From assembly GCA_902573115.1 (NCBI GenBank), contig CACGIM010000002.1:11649-75648 (forward strand): a stretch of 64,000 nucleotides of DNA. Direction: 5' to 3'. The translations under genes and the position numbers were made by a program. The DNA comes from an uncultured Candidatus Poseidoniales archaeon. GTDB lineage: Archaea; Thermoplasmatota; Poseidoniia; Poseidoniales; Thalassarchaeaceae. Shown piece by piece: positions 19,977 to 29,795 of this stretch. The notes under the pieces were generated by a model. The model was not told the DNA's origin and ran no database searches. It saw only the letters and a program-made list of their open reading frames with translations. Positions within the stretch are counted from its first letter, which is position 1, and each line of letters starts with the position of its first letter.

Positions 19977-20948
19977 CTAAATTAATCCGTCTAAAATACC
20001 ACTGAGATACGAAATGTAAACTAGGTAAGTAAGAATCATCATTGTTCCAATGTTTTTCGTAAACTCCTTCTCAGATATGAGCATCCATACTATGAATCCT
20101 GATGTTGCCATCACTACTAAGATGTCTCTTTGAAACTCTACATCGACAGGAATTCCATTCCCTACAATACTTGCAATCCCAATTATCCCCATGATGTTCA
20201 TCACATTGGAGCCAAGTACGTTTCCGACGGCAACCCCTCCTTGCCCTCTAAATCCGGCCACTAATGTAACAGCCAGTTCGGGCAAAGAAGTTCCCAGTGC
20301 TACCATTGTGAGCCCAATAACAGCCTCTGAGACTCCGAAAGTCTCAGCAATATTTGTCGAGCCCGTGACAAGTAATTCTGCACCGAACCATATCATTGCA
20401 CCGCCCAAAGCACAGGCTGGGATAGCAAGGGACATTTTGTTTGGAAGCCATGAGTCCTCGAACTCATACACATCTTCACCTGATATTGCAACTGAGTAGG
20501 TGTAGTAGTAGTAACCGATCAGGCACGCTAACATAACGATCCCTGCTAGAAAGGGAACTTTGCCAAAATAAACGAATATGGCCATGAAAAGAGTAGCGGC
20601 AACTACTGCCAAAGCATCTCTCTTTACTCCTATTTCTGTATCAGAATTAGCCCCCAATACGGCTGCTGCTCCCAAGACCAGCATCACGTTCGCGACATTA
20701 GAACCTAGAACACCTCCAACTGCAATATCTGGGGTATTGGCACTTATTGCGGCTAAAGCGACCGCTAGTTCTGGCAGGGAAGTACCCACTGCTACCACGG
20801 TGAAGCCAACTACCAATGGAGAAACGCTGAGGTTTTCCGATATTCTAGTGGCCCCCTGTACTAATCCCTCTCCACCTCCCATCAACAAGGCAAAGCCAGA
20901 TAGAACGAACAAAACGTCCAACAGGGTCTGTTCCACAATACGGCCCAT
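19977..20948 (-). CDS. Ca2+/Na+ antiporter (YrbG/CaCA family)
   Basis: Two alpha repeats GTSLPEL...GSNV. Confidence 0.92.
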   Translation of the reverse strand: MGRIVEQTLLDVLFVLSGFALLMGGGEGLVQGATRISENLSVSPLVVGFTVVAVGTSLPELAVALAAISANTPDIAVGGVLGSNVANVMLVLGAAAVLGANSDTEIGVKRDALAVVAATLFMAIFVYFGKVPFLAGIVMLACLIGYYYYTYSVAISGEDVYEFEDSWLPNKMSLAIPACALGGAMIWFGAELLVTGSTNIAETFGVSEAVIGLTMVALGTSLPELAVTLVAGFRGQGGVAVGNVLGSNVMNIMGIIGIASIVGNGIPVDVEFQRDILVVMATSGFIVWMLISEKEFTKNIGTMMILTYLVYISYLSGILDGLI

Positions 20949-20992
20949 GATCGTTTACAGATTACTGTTTTCGTATTCCAAGACTGATTGAG

Positions 20993-23863
20993 TCAATCCA
21001 CAGATTTCCGAATATGTCTCAGAACAATCTCCACACTTGGGATTGTATGGTCCTCCAAGGTTGGAGAGAAGGGTACTGGGGTATCAAGTGCTCCCACCAC
21101 CACGGGAGCAGACTCTAATCTCCAAAATGACTCCTCTACGATCCTACTGACCACGGTGTGCCCAAAACCCCCGGTCCATTGGGCTTCCTGCAGAACTATC
21201 ACCCTACCGGTCCTGATTACAGATTGGATGCATGTATCTGCATCAAAAGGAAGTAGAGTTCTAAGATCGATGACCTCAACCTCGGTTCCATTTTTTGCAG
21301 CTTCTTCTGATGCTCTTAGAGCCACATGGACCATAGCTCCCCATGTTATTATTGTTATATCTCTACCACCTCTTAGAACTCGCGCCTCTCCAATTGAGAG
21401 CTGCCCTTTTGAAACCCTATTTTGGACAGCAGTTGTATCCACTATTTGGTTGATATTATCCCCCCAACCAGTCAATCCACCTCTCAAACCGTAAAGTCCA
21501 ATGTGTTCTAGGAAAACGACAGGATCTGGAAGTTGGTGGGACTCTATCAACAAATCATATGCATCCTGTGGATTGCTTGGGGCGACCAAAATCAATCCAG
21601 GATCATTAGCCATCCAGGATTCAATCATATTTGCGTGATATGGGCCGCTTCGAGTTTTAGCTCCCAATGGAATTCTAACTGTTAAGGGGACCTCTGCCCC
21701 CCACCTCCATCTTAGCTGAGCAGTATTATTTAACAACGGATTGAGGGCAAGTGCCGCAAATCCTCCAAATTGAATCTCTGCCAGGGGGCGCATGCCCCCC
21801 AATGCAGCTCCAGTAGCTGAGTGGATAATAATAGCCTCCGAGAGAGGCATGTCCAGGAGGGCCTTGTGATGGCCCTTCGACTTCAAAGGAAGATTCATTC
21901 CGAAGGCCCCAGCAACCTCCATGTCTTCTCCCATAAATACGATTTGATCTCCGAATTGATCTGCCAGAGTCGCCATGGCATTCTGAATTGACCTGCTATA
22001 ACTCCAAGAGTTGGGTGCATCGGAAAATTCGATTGATTGCTCTCCGGGTGCCAATGATTGGTCCACTTGCTTTAAGTCTCTATTTATTCTAGATAGTTGA
22101 TTTTCATGAGAGGAAGCGTCCTGAATTGAAGTGATGCCCATAACAACGGAGTTTCCCTCGGGCCATTCCATTTTTTCTAATTGCTCCCTAGACCTTAAGA
22201 TTGCAATTTCCTCCTTCTCAACCATTTCACTCAGCTCTCCTTCACTAACGCCCATGTTGATGAGAGCTTCCATGTGGTTCGGAAGAGGGTCTTTATTTGA
22301 CCAATATGAAATCAAATCCCTATCTACATAGCCCGGAGGATTACCCGAAGCGGCCCCAAGATACAAATCATCATGATGATGGGCATGTCCGCAGCCTCTC
22401 ATTGTCTCGACATGGATTAGAGTTGCCCCCCCTCCGCTTAATGCGAATTCTCTGGAAACCGCAGTAGATGAATAGAAACTAGTTGGATCGGATCCATCGA
22501 TTGTCCAAGATGGGATTCCCATCCCGTGTCCTTTGTCGCCGAATGTTTCTGCTCCGGATTGTGAAGATGCGAATGTGTCTAGGGCAATTTGATTATTCTG
22601 AATCATGTAGCAAATTGGAAGGCCGCGAACACCCGCGAAATTCATAGCCTCCCAAAATTCTCCACTGCTACTGCAACCCTCGCCAACAGGTGCTAGATGG
22701 AACCTTTCAATTCCCAATCTCTTAGCAGCAAGAGCCACTCCAGTTGTTGTTGCACTGGCTATTGGCAGTGGTGCGGTGGGCGGTAAGATTCTCTTTTCCC
22801 AGTTCCCAATATGTAAGTCTCTTCCGCCACATCCCTCATGTCCACCGTTCATGTATGATTCTGATTTACCCATTTGGGCAGAAAGAACCTCGATCGTTGT
22901 TTGCCCCATTGCCAAAGCAAGACCAACATCTCTGATCATGGGCGCGACGACATCTGCCTTATGGGACTCATTTTTAGGAAGATCAACTGCTCTAATCAGT
23001 GCCGAGGCACATGCAACCACGCCTTCCTGCCATGTAGATCTGAATCCTTTTCCTCCAAATTTGCTCCCATCTGGAGCTGGTAAACCAGAGGTAAATAGGT
23101 CCTTTAGTTGCTCATCAACTAGTCTTGTTCTTGTCATCCATTTTTGCCATTGAATTCTCTGACCGATTGTAACCGAATAAGAATGTGCAATTCTTCTCAA
23201 GCAAAGACTCACGTCGATCAGGAATCTTTCTGCTCTTCTTGCAAGGTGAACATAACCACCCCTAAGTGGAATAACCTCCAGACCCCCCAGCTCTAGGAGG
23301 TCAGGTTCGAGCAATCTATCTGAAAGTTTTGCCCTGAGTTTGGAAACGAAAAAAATAGAAAAATCGTGGAACTCTTTCCCGTTGAATTGTTCCTTTTTTT
23401 CACATTCATTCCAGCAGTCCAATACAAGATTGAGATAACCATCATGCCTTTCGGCCATGAACCTAATTAGCTCATTACGCGCTGAATCCTCTTTGATCGG
23501 CCTTGAAAACTCTAATGGGGATTCTGGGCTCCAACCCAGGCCCCAAATTACAGGCAAATCAGATTGTTTAGCAGGCTCCCCGTAAATCTGTTGTTTTGCT
23601 GATGGTTCACTAACATTATTTTCGTTCCTCTTTTTTGCCTCTTCTTGTAGTATTGCCATGTTTGTATTGGGTTTTCTCTCCCAAATCACAACCTCTCTGG
23701 ACCTTCCCTTGCCAGAGGAAGAGCGGTCTATGGTGGCCCTGACTCTTTTTCCGCAGCTTGAACAGCGCCTATCTAATTTGTTTCCGTTATTGGATTTAAT
23801 TTTCCAAGTCTGATGAAAACCACACTTAGGGCATTGCCAGACTCCTCTCCTCACCCCTCCCAT
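20993..23863 (-). CDS. Fused 2-oxoacid dehydrogenase E1 alpha+beta with N-terminal zinc-ribbon extension
   Basis: TPP motif GEG...NN, GEDM, PLSE, EIQFGGF, DPVVFLEH, EVIDLRTLLPFD; CPKC/CSSC at N-terminus; ATG 23863 preferred over 23932. Confidence 0.88.
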   Translation of the reverse strand: MGGVRRGVWQCPKCGFHQTWKIKSNNGNKLDRRCSSCGKRVRATIDRSSSGKGRSREVVIWERKPNTNMAILQEEAKKRNENNVSEPSAKQQIYGEPAKQSDLPVIWGLGWSPESPLEFSRPIKEDSARNELIRFMAERHDGYLNLVLDCWNECEKKEQFNGKEFHDFSIFFVSKLRAKLSDRLLEPDLLELGGLEVIPLRGGYVHLARRAERFLIDVSLCLRRIAHSYSVTIGQRIQWQKWMTRTRLVDEQLKDLFTSGLPAPDGSKFGGKGFRSTWQEGVVACASALIRAVDLPKNESHKADVVAPMIRDVGLALAMGQTTIEVLSAQMGKSESYMNGGHEGCGGRDLHIGNWEKRILPPTAPLPIASATTTGVALAAKRLGIERFHLAPVGEGCSSSGEFWEAMNFAGVRGLPICYMIQNNQIALDTFASSQSGAETFGDKGHGMGIPSWTIDGSDPTSFYSSTAVSREFALSGGGATLIHVETMRGCGHAHHHDDLYLGAASGNPPGYVDRDLISYWSNKDPLPNHMEALINMGVSEGELSEMVEKEEIAILRSREQLEKMEWPEGNSVVMGITSIQDASSHENQLSRINRDLKQVDQSLAPGEQSIEFSDAPNSWSYSRSIQNAMATLADQFGDQIVFMGEDMEVAGAFGMNLPLKSKGHHKALLDMPLSEAIIIHSATGAALGGMRPLAEIQFGGFAALALNPLLNNTAQLRWRWGAEVPLTVRIPLGAKTRSGPYHANMIESWMANDPGLILVAPSNPQDAYDLLIESHQLPDPVVFLEHIGLYGLRGGLTGWGDNINQIVDTTAVQNRVSKGQLSIGEARVLRGGRDITIITWGAMVHVALRASEEAAKNGTEVEVIDLRTLLPFDADTCIQSVIRTGRVIVLQEAQWTGGFGHTVVSRIVEESFWRLESAPVVVGALDTPVPFSPTLEDHTIPSVEIVLRHIRKSVD

Positions 23864-24098
23864 AGGGCTGGCAAGACATACTACTACAACAATTATTCGG
23901 ATTATTGAATAGTCTTTTACCACATTATTCATAAATTATCGAAAAATCTTCATCAAAATTGATTTATTTGTGTTTAAAACCACAATAAAAAGGTAGACTA
24001 AGTATATTTTTACCGTATAAAATATATACTTTTACTTTTACATGTATATTATTCTTTGAAACCACAATAAAAAGATTAACTTAATTCCATTTTACCAC
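23864..24098. repeat. AT-rich intergenic region with 16-bp direct repeat AAACCACAATAAAAAG x2 and TTTTACCAC x2
   Basis: Repeats at 23977-23992 and 24059-24074; TTTTACCAC at 23915-23923 and 24090-24098. Confidence 0.8.
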
Positions 24099-25250
24099 TT
24101 AATATTTTATTATTGATGAGTCTATGGTATCAGACCATAGATGAATCCCTCCCAGTAGATTGTACACATTTTCCTTGCTCCACCCATTATCTGACAGAAA
24201 TCTGACAACCGCATCTGATCTAACCCCTGTCCTGCAATATACCACAATGTCATTATCTCTTGGCAACTCTTGCATTTTCGACGGGACTTCCAAATGCATT
24301 ATTCTCAAATCGGTCCCTTGCAATGAAGTAATTGCCTCCTCATCGGCTCTTCTCACATCTAAAAGGAAAGGTTTCCAACCTTGAGCACGCTTATTCACGA
24401 AATCAATCGGGGAAATTTCCAAAGTGTTCGAGGAAGTTGGATCTACAGGATCTTGTGTGGGCTCGCAAGCGGCCATTACAAGCTCTTCTGACATTTCTGT
24501 AATTGGCTTTCTTGTTGTGTCTTTACCGTAAGTTAGTAGTCGGGTAGCCATTGTTTTGACGTCAATTACCAACAATTGACCGGATAGGGATTTGCCGATT
24601 CCAAGTAGGATTTTAATCGCTTCACTAGCTTGCATAGTTCCGATAATTCCAGGAAGAACGCCCAATACCCCGGCTTCAGCACAATTCGGAGCTAGCTCAG
24701 GGGATGGTGCGGATGGGAACAAATCTCGATAATTTGGGCCATTATTGTAGTTGAATACACTAACCTGACCTTCGAATCTATGTATGCTTCCAAAAATCCA
24801 TGGCGTACCCAGAATTTCACAAGCATCACTGATTGTGTATCGAGTGGGAAAATTGTCTGAACCATCAATGACAACATCCCATCCCGCCAGCAAATGGAGA
24901 GAGTTCCCTGCATTTAATCTGGTATTGAAACTCACAACATCTACTCCAGGATTCAATTCTGATATACTCCTTCTTGCCGAATCCGATTTCAACGAGCCGA
25001 CATCAGATGTGGAGTGAATAATCTGTCTTTGAAGATTGGAAATGTCAACTTCATCGTCATCAATAATTCCAATTTTACCTATTCCTGCGGCTGCCAGATA
25101 TAGAAGAGCAGGAGATCCTAGGCCTCCAGCCCCAATCACCATTACTGATGACTGGCGCAATGCTTTCTGACCATCCTCCCCCACATCTGGTAGAATTATG
25201 TGGCGCGCGTATCTAGCTCGCTCATTTGGGCTCAATTGATCTTTTGCCAT
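24099..25250 (-). CDS. moeB: MoeB/ThiF E1-like adenylyltransferase with C-terminal rhodanese domain
   Basis: RYARH, GAGGLGSP, SNLQRQ, DGSDNFPTRY, NCAEAGVLG, LLDVR, YCRTGVRS. Confidence 0.92.
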   Translation of the reverse strand: MAKDQLSPNERARYARHIILPDVGEDGQKALRQSSVMVIGAGGLGSPALLYLAAAGIGKIGIIDDDEVDISNLQRQIIHSTSDVGSLKSDSARRSISELNPGVDVVSFNTRLNAGNSLHLLAGWDVVIDGSDNFPTRYTISDACEILGTPWIFGSIHRFEGQVSVFNYNNGPNYRDLFPSAPSPELAPNCAEAGVLGVLPGIIGTMQASEAIKILLGIGKSLSGQLLVIDVKTMATRLLTYGKDTTRKPITEMSEELVMAACEPTQDPVDPTSSNTLEISPIDFVNKRAQGWKPFLLDVRRADEEAITSLQGTDLRIMHLEVPSKMQELPRDNDIVVYCRTGVRSDAVVRFLSDNGWSKENVYNLLGGIHLWSDTIDSSIIKY

Positions 25251-25259
25251 ATCTTCAGC

Positions 25260-26189
25260 TCAGTGTTGATCCTCTAACCACCTCTCGGCATCAATAGCGG
25301 CCTGACAACCCATTCCAGCGGCTGTGATGGCTTGTCTGTATCTCGTATCTACCACATCTCCTGCCGCAAATACCCCGGGGACACTGGTCATAGTGTGTTC
25401 CTGAGGAAGGATGTAACCAGAATCATCGGTTTCTAGCTGCCCTTCCAGGAAAGCTGTGATTGGCTTGTGACCGATTGCTATGAATGCTCCAGTGCAATTA
25501 ATCTCCTCGATTTTTCTATCTCTTGGGTCCTCTAGAATTGCGCCCTCTAGTCCATTTTCTCCCGCTATCCAACTTTTGACCTGTCTGTGGGTTTTTATCT
25601 CGATCTTCGGATGATCTGCGGCCCTTTCGTACATCACCTTGGAAGCTCTAAACACATCCCTGCGATGAATTATAGTGACCTTGCTCGCAAAACGAGTTAG
25701 AAAAGTTGCCTCCTCCATTGCAGAATCTCCGCCTCCAACTACAATTATTTCTTCATCTTTAAAGAAAGCACCATCACATGTGGCACAGGTTGAGATCCCC
25801 CTGCCTTTTTGATCGTCCTCGCCGTCTGCACCTAGCCAAATGGCCTCTGCTCCGGTGCAGATAATCAATGATTGGGACCTGTATTCCTCCCCCTCGACCC
25901 AAACTGTGAACGGTCGCTTCGTCAGGTCGACTCTCTCGACATTCTTGTCCTGAATCTCAAGTCCGAACCTTTCAGCTTGCTCCCTCATGTCAATCATCAT
26001 CTCAGGCCCACCTATTCCTTTCGGATATCCGGGAAAATTTTCGACGTCTGAAGTCAGCATCAATTGCCCCCCAGACATATACCCTGCAAACATCAATGGT
26101 TCGAGGAGTGCTCTTGCAGAGTACAAACCTGCGGTGTATCCAGCAGGCCCCGAACCAACGATGATCACGTTTCGTACGTCGACGCCCAT
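25260..26189 (-). CDS. trxB: Thioredoxin reductase
   Basis: GSGPAG, GGQL, CATCDG, GGGDSA, HRRD, FAAGDV. Confidence 0.96.
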   Translation of the reverse strand: MGVDVRNVIIVGSGPAGYTAGLYSARALLEPLMFAGYMSGGQLMLTSDVENFPGYPKGIGGPEMMIDMREQAERFGLEIQDKNVERVDLTKRPFTVWVEGEEYRSQSLIICTGAEAIWLGADGEDDQKGRGISTCATCDGAFFKDEEIIVVGGGDSAMEEATFLTRFASKVTIIHRRDVFRASKVMYERAADHPKIEIKTHRQVKSWIAGENGLEGAILEDPRDRKIEEINCTGAFIAIGHKPITAFLEGQLETDDSGYILPQEHTMTSVPGVFAAGDVVDTRYRQAITAAGMGCQAAIDAERWLEDQH

Positions 26190-26289
26190 AAGCCCTCCAG
26201 ACACCCGACATCCTTTCAATCTTGAGAGTCGTCATACTTCAGAAACCAAATGGAAAATAATAATATATCAATCCCAATAAACCAGTATC

Positions 26290-26613
26290 ATGCCAAAATA
26301 CATGTATTCTGGAAACTACACAGAAAAAGGAGTAGCTGGACTTCTAAAGGATGGAGGAAAGGCCCGCCACGAGGAAGCAGAAAGAAGCGCGGAAGCTATG
26401 GGAGGGTCATTGGAAGCGTACTACTGGGCCTATGGTACAATGGACTTCTTAATGATAGTAGACATCCCATCGGAGGCTATGGCAATCAGATTCTCCCTCC
26501 ACGTTGGAGCATCCGGCGTCTTCAATGGGAAATTGACGCCACTGATTTCCGTAGAACAAATGGAGTCAGCCACATCAACTGATCTCCCAGAAGTGAGGCT
26601 GCCCGGCGAGTGA
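26290..26613 (+). CDS. GYD domain protein
   Basis: AEAMGGSLEAYYWAYGTMD pattern; TATA-like TAATATAT at 26261. Confidence 0.8.
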   Translation: MPKYMYSGNYTEKGVAGLLKDGGKARHEEAERSAEAMGGSLEAYYWAYGTMDFLMIVDIPSEAMAIRFSLHVGASGVFNGKLTPLISVEQMESATSTDLPEVRLPGE

Positions 26614-26618
26614 ATCGG

Positions 26619-27014
26619 TTACTCGGACATTGCCGCGACAGCACCTACTGCTGCTCTGGCGTGAGGCTCCAACCTAGGTCCGATATGCTGGGGTTCTGCC
26701 CCGGGGCCGATGATTCCGAGTCCGATAGGTTTGTTGTGAGTTATCTGAAGCTCAATCACTGCTTTGGTCACTGACTGCCCCATGACCAGACCATGGTCTG
26801 TTTCTCCCCTTTCAATTATGCCAAGGACTATCGCCCCGTCTACATTATCCTTCTTTAGCATCCTATCGAGTGCTAAGGGTGCCTCCATTGAACCTGGGAC
26901 CCAAATGATTTCAGAAACAACCCAATTCTTTGACTCTGCTTCTTGTATGGCGAATTCTAACATACTTTCGACTTCTTCTCTGTGGAAGGATCCGCAAACT
27001 ATTCCCAAATTCAT
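26619..27014 (-). CDS. ribH: 6,7-dimethyl-8-ribityllumazine synthase
   Basis: VPGSMEAP, LGIIERGETDH, KPIGLGIIGPG. Confidence 0.92.
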   Translation of the reverse strand: MNLGIVCGSFHREEVESMLEFAIQEAESKNWVVSEIIWVPGSMEAPLALDRMLKKDNVDGAIVLGIIERGETDHGLVMGQSVTKAVIELQITHNKPIGLGIIGPGAEPQHIGPRLEPHARAAVGAVAAMSE

Positions 27015-27613
27015 TTATTTTCCTCCATTCTCATCATTGTCTCTACTATTGCCTGAGTTCTTGAGTCAACCTCTATATTGACTTCTTGTCCGACTTGCTT
27101 ATCACCTATCGTCGTCACCCTTATCGTCTCCGGAATGATATACAAATGGAACACGTCTTCTGAAACTTCCCCGACTGTGAGAGACATACCATCAACCGCT
27201 ATGTATCCCTTCTCAAGTATGAATGGCCTACAAGAGTCTGGATTTTCCAAAACTAAGCTAATTCCATCATCTACATGATCCCTAGCCATTATTCTGGCCT
27301 TAGTCAAAATGTGCCCTGATAGAATGTGCCCCCCCAGTTCGTCTCCTAGTTTCAGTGACCTTTCGATATTAACAATGTCTCCTGTTTTTTTATTTCCCAT
27401 AGTAGATTTGCCAAGAGTTTCCTCAATTGCATCGAACTTAGCAATACATCCATCAAGAGAAACTACAGTCATACAAACCCCATCAAGAGCAACACTAGCT
27501 CCGATTTCCAATCCTTCAGTGAAACCCTCCAAGTCAATTGAAAAAGTCGAGATAGAGCCATTTTGAACCACATTGGTAATAGTTGCCTTTCCGTCTACAA
27601 TTCCTGTGAACAT
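27011..27613 (-). CDS. ribC: Riboflavin synthase, bacterial/eukaryotic homotrimeric type
   Basis: N-terminal MFTGIV, GASVALDGVCMTV, VNIER, GGHILSGH, KGYIAVDGMSLTV. Confidence 0.93.
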   Translation of the reverse strand: MFTGIVDGKATITNVVQNGSISTFSIDLEGFTEGLEIGASVALDGVCMTVVSLDGCIAKFDAIEETLGKSTMGNKKTGDIVNIERSLKLGDELGGHILSGHILTKARIMARDHVDDGISLVLENPDSCRPFILEKGYIAVDGMSLTVGEVSEDVFHLYIIPETIRVTTIGDKQVGQEVNIEVDSRTQAIVETMMRMEENK

Positions 27614-27614
27614 A

Positions 27615-28073
27615 CTAATCCTCCTCATATGGTCCGCCCTTCGTTCCCGGCCAGAGATCTAGAATTCTTGCAATTATTTTTCTTGTCCCATCAAGATCAT
27701 CTGAGAGACCTTCGACCCGGGTGACCTGTACGTGGCCATAACCATGTTCTTCTAGGCCGTTTCTTATAGCGTCAATAGAATGCTTCTGATCATATCCCAA
27801 AGCGATAATGTCAGGCTTAACGGCCTCCAGAATATCAAAAATCGGTATTCCGGGAGGGTTTCCAATGATTGCTTGATCAACTGGCTTTAATCCCTCAACC
27901 ATCCTTCTTCTGAGATTCTGCCCTGTGACTGGCTCGTGTTTCTGTATTCTTACAGTCTCATCATGGGCGATCACGACCACTAGCTCATGGCCCAGTGACT
28001 TTGCCTGCTCAACATAATGAAGATGCCCTGCATGCAGAAGATCAAAAATCCCAACGGCCATCACTCTAACCAT
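27615..28073 (-). CDS. ribL: Archaeal FAD synthase (cytidylyltransferase family)
   Basis: GIFDLLHAGH, LKPVD, KPDIIALGYDQ; inside rib operon. Confidence 0.88.
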   Translation of the reverse strand: MVRVMAVGIFDLLHAGHLHYVEQAKSLGHELVVVIAHDETVRIQKHEPVTGQNLRRRMVEGLKPVDQAIIGNPPGIPIFDILEAVKPDIIALGYDQKHSIDAIRNGLEEHGYGHVQVTRVEGLSDDLDGTRKIIARILDLWPGTKGGPYEED

Positions 28074-28103
28074 GCTACAGTCCTTTGTTTTCCAAATTAG
28101 TCT

Positions 28104-28820
28104 TTAATCAATTGCAGAAGTAATTTCTTCTCCAGTGATCATTGGAATTCCGTTTGCAAGAGAGTATGCCCTTGCGCCATCGAGAGAAAGAGCTCCATCC
28201 CCCTCCGGTTCTAGCATTTCGGCCCCTATCGTGCAGGGCACCATTCCAGCAAGTCTGGCAATGGAAACCGCCAATTCTGTGTGGCCTTGTCTAGTCTTCA
28301 GGCCGCCAGGAGCCTCTCTGCATACAGGTATGTGTCCCGGAGTCCTAAATTCTAAGCCAAATGCCGTAATGGCATCTTCGCTACTTCTTCCGATCATCTC
28401 CCCAGAGAGCTCTCCGAACCTTCTAGTCGTAAGTGCCCTATCTCTGTCGGTGATTCCAGTGAATGTTTCTCTGTGATTCAATGAGAGCGTGAAAGCCGAT
28501 CGATTGTCGTATTGGAGGTCATCGGTAATGAGTTTACCAAGAACGGGATTCTCTTCTACAAGAGTTGGATGAGTGTGAATATCTTGCAACCAAGGTAACC
28601 CAAAGATCTCGCCAATCTCATTTCCTATCGCAAGGAATAACAACCCACCGCAGTCATTTCTGAGTGTTCTGATCACCTCAGGAGTGGCAGCACTAGCTGG
28701 CCACAGCAAATCGGTCTCCCTTTCTCTGAAATCTGAATCGAATACCATTACAGGTTTTCCTGTTGCAAATGCAGCTATCGCTCTCCCTACCTCCGACTCC
28801 ATGTCTACCGGAGGGGTCAT
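28104..28820 (-). CDS. ribB: 3,4-dihydroxy-2-butanone 4-phosphate synthase
   Basis: DSDFRERETDL, TFTGITDRDRA, FRTPGH, RQGHTE, AEM. Confidence 0.93.
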   Translation of the reverse strand: MTPPVDMESEVGRAIAAFATGKPVMVFDSDFRERETDLLWPASAATPEVIRTLRNDCGGLLFLAIGNEIGEIFGLPWLQDIHTHPTLVEENPVLGKLITDDLQYDNRSAFTLSLNHRETFTGITDRDRALTTRRFGELSGEMIGRSSEDAITAFGLEFRTPGHIPVCREAPGGLKTRQGHTELAVSIARLAGMVPCTIGAEMLEPEGDGALSLDGARAYSLANGIPMITGEEITSAID

Positions 28821-28877
28821 ACCTACCCTTTCTTTTCGGTCTAGAAAAAGTCATGTTTACCGACGGTAGCGCAAAGT

Positions 28878-29750
28878 ATGGTGGATATCGTGAAGGCTTC
28901 AGCACCCCTAAGGGTAGATCTTGCCGGAGGATGGACTGATGTAGCGCCTTTCCCTTCGGATTTTGGAGGTGAAGTTGTTAACTTTGCAATAAACAAGAGA
29001 GTTGTTGCAACACGTGATGTGAAATCTACAGATTATCCTCTGGAGTTTGACTTCCCGGTTCCAAGGGGGTCCGGACTTGGTACTAGCTCGGCGATGTATG
29101 TGGCGATTTCAGCACTTTCTTCTACCAAGGAGGCTTCTGGGCCAAGGATAATGGCAGAGGAGGCCCACAAAATGGAATATCAAAGCGGCAACTTATGTGG
29201 TAGACAAGACCAGTGGGCGTCTGCTTTGGGGGGTTTCAATCACCTACTTTTCCTTGGAGATTCAGTCGAAGAGATGCCATTTGAGCCAGCCAAGTCTGCA
29301 AAAAATTGGTTGAAGAAACACCTAATTATCTCATTTTCCGGTATTTCAAGAAATTCTGGCGAAATGCAGAGGTCTGTATGGGAGTCTTATTCCAGGGGAG
29401 AGGGCAAAACATTGGAAGGACTACACAGAATCAGAGGAGCGGTCAAACCTATGGCTATTGGACTTCAGCAGGATAGAAGGGACATGGTGGTGACTTCATT
29501 AGGTGAGATTTGCAAAGGAGTAGATTTGATTAATCCCGAGATTCATGATCCATTTCGCTCAGTTGTATACCCTCTAATCGAAAATGGGTCGGTCGCAGCA
29601 TGGAAAGCACTTGGAGCCGGCGGAGGTGGATGTTCGGCTATTCTTTGTTCTCCTTTTGGATTGGATACGGCCAACGAAGCGCTTAGAAATGCCGGATGGG
29701 AAATTATTGATTGGGATTTTGAGGATGAAGGTGTAATGCTAGGAACATGA
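28878..29750 (+). CDS. GHMP-family sugar kinase (HddA/fucokinase-like)
   Basis: APLRVDLAGGWTD, PRGSGLGTSS, GRQDQ, KALGAGGGG. Confidence 0.85.
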   Translation: MVDIVKASAPLRVDLAGGWTDVAPFPSDFGGEVVNFAINKRVVATRDVKSTDYPLEFDFPVPRGSGLGTSSAMYVAISALSSTKEASGPRIMAEEAHKMEYQSGNLCGRQDQWASALGGFNHLLFLGDSVEEMPFEPAKSAKNWLKKHLIISFSGISRNSGEMQRSVWESYSRGEGKTLEGLHRIRGAVKPMAIGLQQDRRDMVVTSLGEICKGVDLINPEIHDPFRSVVYPLIENGSVAAWKALGAGGGGCSAILCSPFGLDTANEALRNAGWEIIDWDFEDEGVMLGT

Positions 29751-29795
29751 TACTATAGTCCGAACGCTCAAACCTAACCTTGGTCTCCGGGCATC

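Noticed and set aside
23864-23932. N-terminal extension MNNVVKDY... of E1 in the ORF track
   Set aside because: Falls in the AT-rich intergenic element; ATG 23863 is the more plausible start
23973-24074. Possible mini-CRISPR (repeat contains TTTGAAAC)
   Set aside because: Only two 16-20 bp copies with about 62 bp between them, and no cas genes
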